Assembly (NCBI GenBank): GCA_964448315.1
Contig: CAYUWJ010000044.1
Location: forward strand, 15,636-79,635
DNA length: 64,000 nucleotides
Reading direction: 5' to 3'
Origin: an uncultured Sphingomonas sp.
Lineage (GTDB): Bacteria > Pseudomonadota > Alphaproteobacteria > Sphingomonadales > Sphingomonadaceae
Positions 62,701 through 64,000 of this stretch are shown here, piece after piece. The number at the start of each line of letters is the position of its first letter. Positions within the stretch are counted from its first letter, which is position 1. The translations under genes were made by a program, and so were the position numbers. The notes beneath the pieces are model-generated. The model saw only the letters and a program-made list of their open reading frames with translations. It did not search any database and was not told the DNA's origin.

Positions 62701-64000
62701 TTGTTCGATCTGCCGCGCTCGTCCTGGGACGATTACGACCGGTCCCTATTGTCCGAGGGCGGGGCTGTCTTCCCCCGAACCCAAAAGGCGATCGAACTAA
62801 GCAAGGAGGCGCAAAGGGCGCTGGGCATCGAGGCCGCGAGCATCGATCCCAACGCGCTGATCAACGCCCTAATCAAGAGCCCCGTCGATCTGCTCTGGTT
62901 CGGCGGCATCGGTACCTACATCAAGGCGTCGGAGCAGACTCATGCCGAGGTCGGCGACCCGACCAATGATTTGGTCCGCGCCGACGCGACCGAGCTTCGG
63001 GCAAAGGCGATCGGCGAAGGCGCGAACCTGGCGATCACCCAGGCCGGACGGATCGAGTTCGCGGAGAACGGCGGGCGGATCAACACCGACTTCATCGACA
63101 ACAGCGCCGGCGTCGACTGCTCCGACAAGGAAGTGAATATCAAGATCCCGCTCAACCGTGAGATGAGCGAGGGCAAACTGACGCTGGCCAAACGCAACGC
63201 GCTGCTGGTCAAGATGACCGAAGAGGTCGCTGAAATGGTCCTCGAGGACAACCGACTGCAGACCCTTGCCATCTCGATCGCGCAGAGCCGCGGCACCCGG
63301 GCGCTACCCGGCCATGTGCGGACAATCGAACTGCTCGAATCGTCCGGCCAGCTCGACCGCAAGGTGGAAGGGCTGATGTCCAGCGAGGAGCTGTTGCGGC
63401 GGGGCCAGGAGAACCGCGGCCTCACCCGCCCCGAGCTTGCGGTCGTGCTGTCGATGTCGAAGCTGGCGCTCCAGGACGCGGCCGAGCGACTCAATCTCGA
63501 GGCGGACCAAATCGTTTCCCGCGAGCTGGTGGAAGCCTTTCCCAAGCCGATGCGCAAGGCCCATGGCGACGCCATCCGGGCGCACCGTCTGTGCAACGAA
63601 ATTCTCGCTACTCGCGTCGCCAACCGGCTGGTCAACCGGCTCGGGCCCGGCGTCGCGCTCGACATGACCGAGGAGGAAGGGGCGTCGCTTGCCAATGTCG
63701 TCGCGGCATTTCTCGTCACCGAGCAGATTCTCGATCTGCCGAAGCTGTGGACGGAAATTGAGACCGCGCCGCTGCCGGAAATGGTGCGGGTCGAACTGTT
63801 CGCAATCGCTGCCATCAGCATCCGCGCGCATTTGTCGGATATCCTTCGCTGCACCGGCGGCGAGACTCGGGTTAGCGCATTGTGCAAGCTGCTTGAGCCG
63901 GGCGTGCGCAAGATCGCGGCAGCAGCAACCAAACTCATTCGCACCGAAGTCCGCAACGAGGCCGCGGCGCGGCGCGAGCGGCTGATCTCGATGGGCGCCA
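59800..64000 (+). CDS. gdhZ: NAD-specific glutamate dehydrogenase (large, about 1600-aa class), 3' end outside the window
   Basis: Hand translation from ATG 59800 is open to the window end: [19 protein letters not shown]...[33 protein letters not shown]...[20 protein letters not shown]...[49 protein letters not shown]. It is absent from the ORF track only because no stop lies in the window. Confidence 0.9.
   Translation, partial: [1400 protein letters not shown]

Noticed and set aside
58345-63956. Very long minus-strand ORFs (58345-60681 at 778 aa, 60721-61827, 61834-62508, 62940-63956).
   Set aside because: They are antisense to the PAS-like gene and to the NAD-glutamate dehydrogenase gene, which I translated by hand and which has unmistakable family motifs. 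The minus-strand products are Arg/Ala/Pro/Gly-rich low-complexity sequence, typical of shadow ORFs in high-GC DNA.
1-64000. Search for CRISPR arrays, rRNA genes, IS elements with terminal inverted repeats, and tyrosine integrases next to the tRNA.
   Set aside because: I saw no regularly spaced 25-40-bp direct repeats, no rRNA-like segments, no transposase-like ORFs and no tyrosine-recombinase motifs. The only recombinases seen are the two serine recombinases. This was an eye scan only, so short or degenerate elements could have been missed.

Overview
High-GC bacterial chromosome segment, probably alphaproteobacterial or sphingomonad-like (inference from gene families and repeat types). Almost all of it is accessory DNA lying on the 3' side of a tRNA-Thr(CGU) gene (58141-58216, minus strand). 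Ordinary core genes resume only at about 58.4 kb: a conserved hypothetical, then a large NAD-glutamate dehydrogenase that runs off the right edge and is therefore missing from the ORF track. From left to right the window holds: (1) an orphan phage packaging module (methylase tail, DUF5681-like small-terminase-like protein, TerL); (2) a Sec-signal RHS toxin operon with an AT-rich C-terminal toxin tip and an immunity gene; (3) three small secreted proteins; (4) a large serine recombinase; (5) a tightly coupled membrane operon with a MotA/ExbB-like protein carrying a coiled-coil tail and a MotB/OmpA-like partner (Zorya-like stator pair without known Zorya effectors); (6) TerL and RHS gene scars; (7) a secreted NucA nuclease, a patatin-like lipase with a transmembrane insertion, and a lower-GC string of envelope proteins; (8) a PD-(D/E)xK plus HKD/PLD pair; (9) a Dcm-Vsr-REase module that closely resembles E. 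coli Dcm/Vsr; (10) a three-gene effector / small middle protein / Rad50-like ABC ATPase operon (ABC-3C/Lamassu-like) whose effector shows a nitrilase-type E-K-C pattern; (11) an XRE/ImmA-like regulator facing a protein with an E2/UBC-like HxN...C...WSP motif fused to a SEC-C motif; (12) a PD-(D/E)xK / Zn-ribbon / DUF3800-like operon; (13) a DUF3489-DUF2924-serine recombinase module; (14) AraC, a CPBP protease and a Hanks kinase with TPR repeats, interspersed with REP-like repeats; (15) a roughly 320-bp diverged duplication of the tRNA-flanking DNA including a decayed tRNA 3' half. I saw no CRISPR array and no rRNA. All family assignments come from reading motifs by eye; no searches were run. 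The most promising candidates for an undescribed system are the MotAB-like operon (11.3-16.2 kb), the ABC-3C/Lamassu-like operon (32.6-37.9 kb), the E2-like/SEC-C locus (38.2-40.2 kb) and the DUF3800 operon (40.6-43.3 kb).
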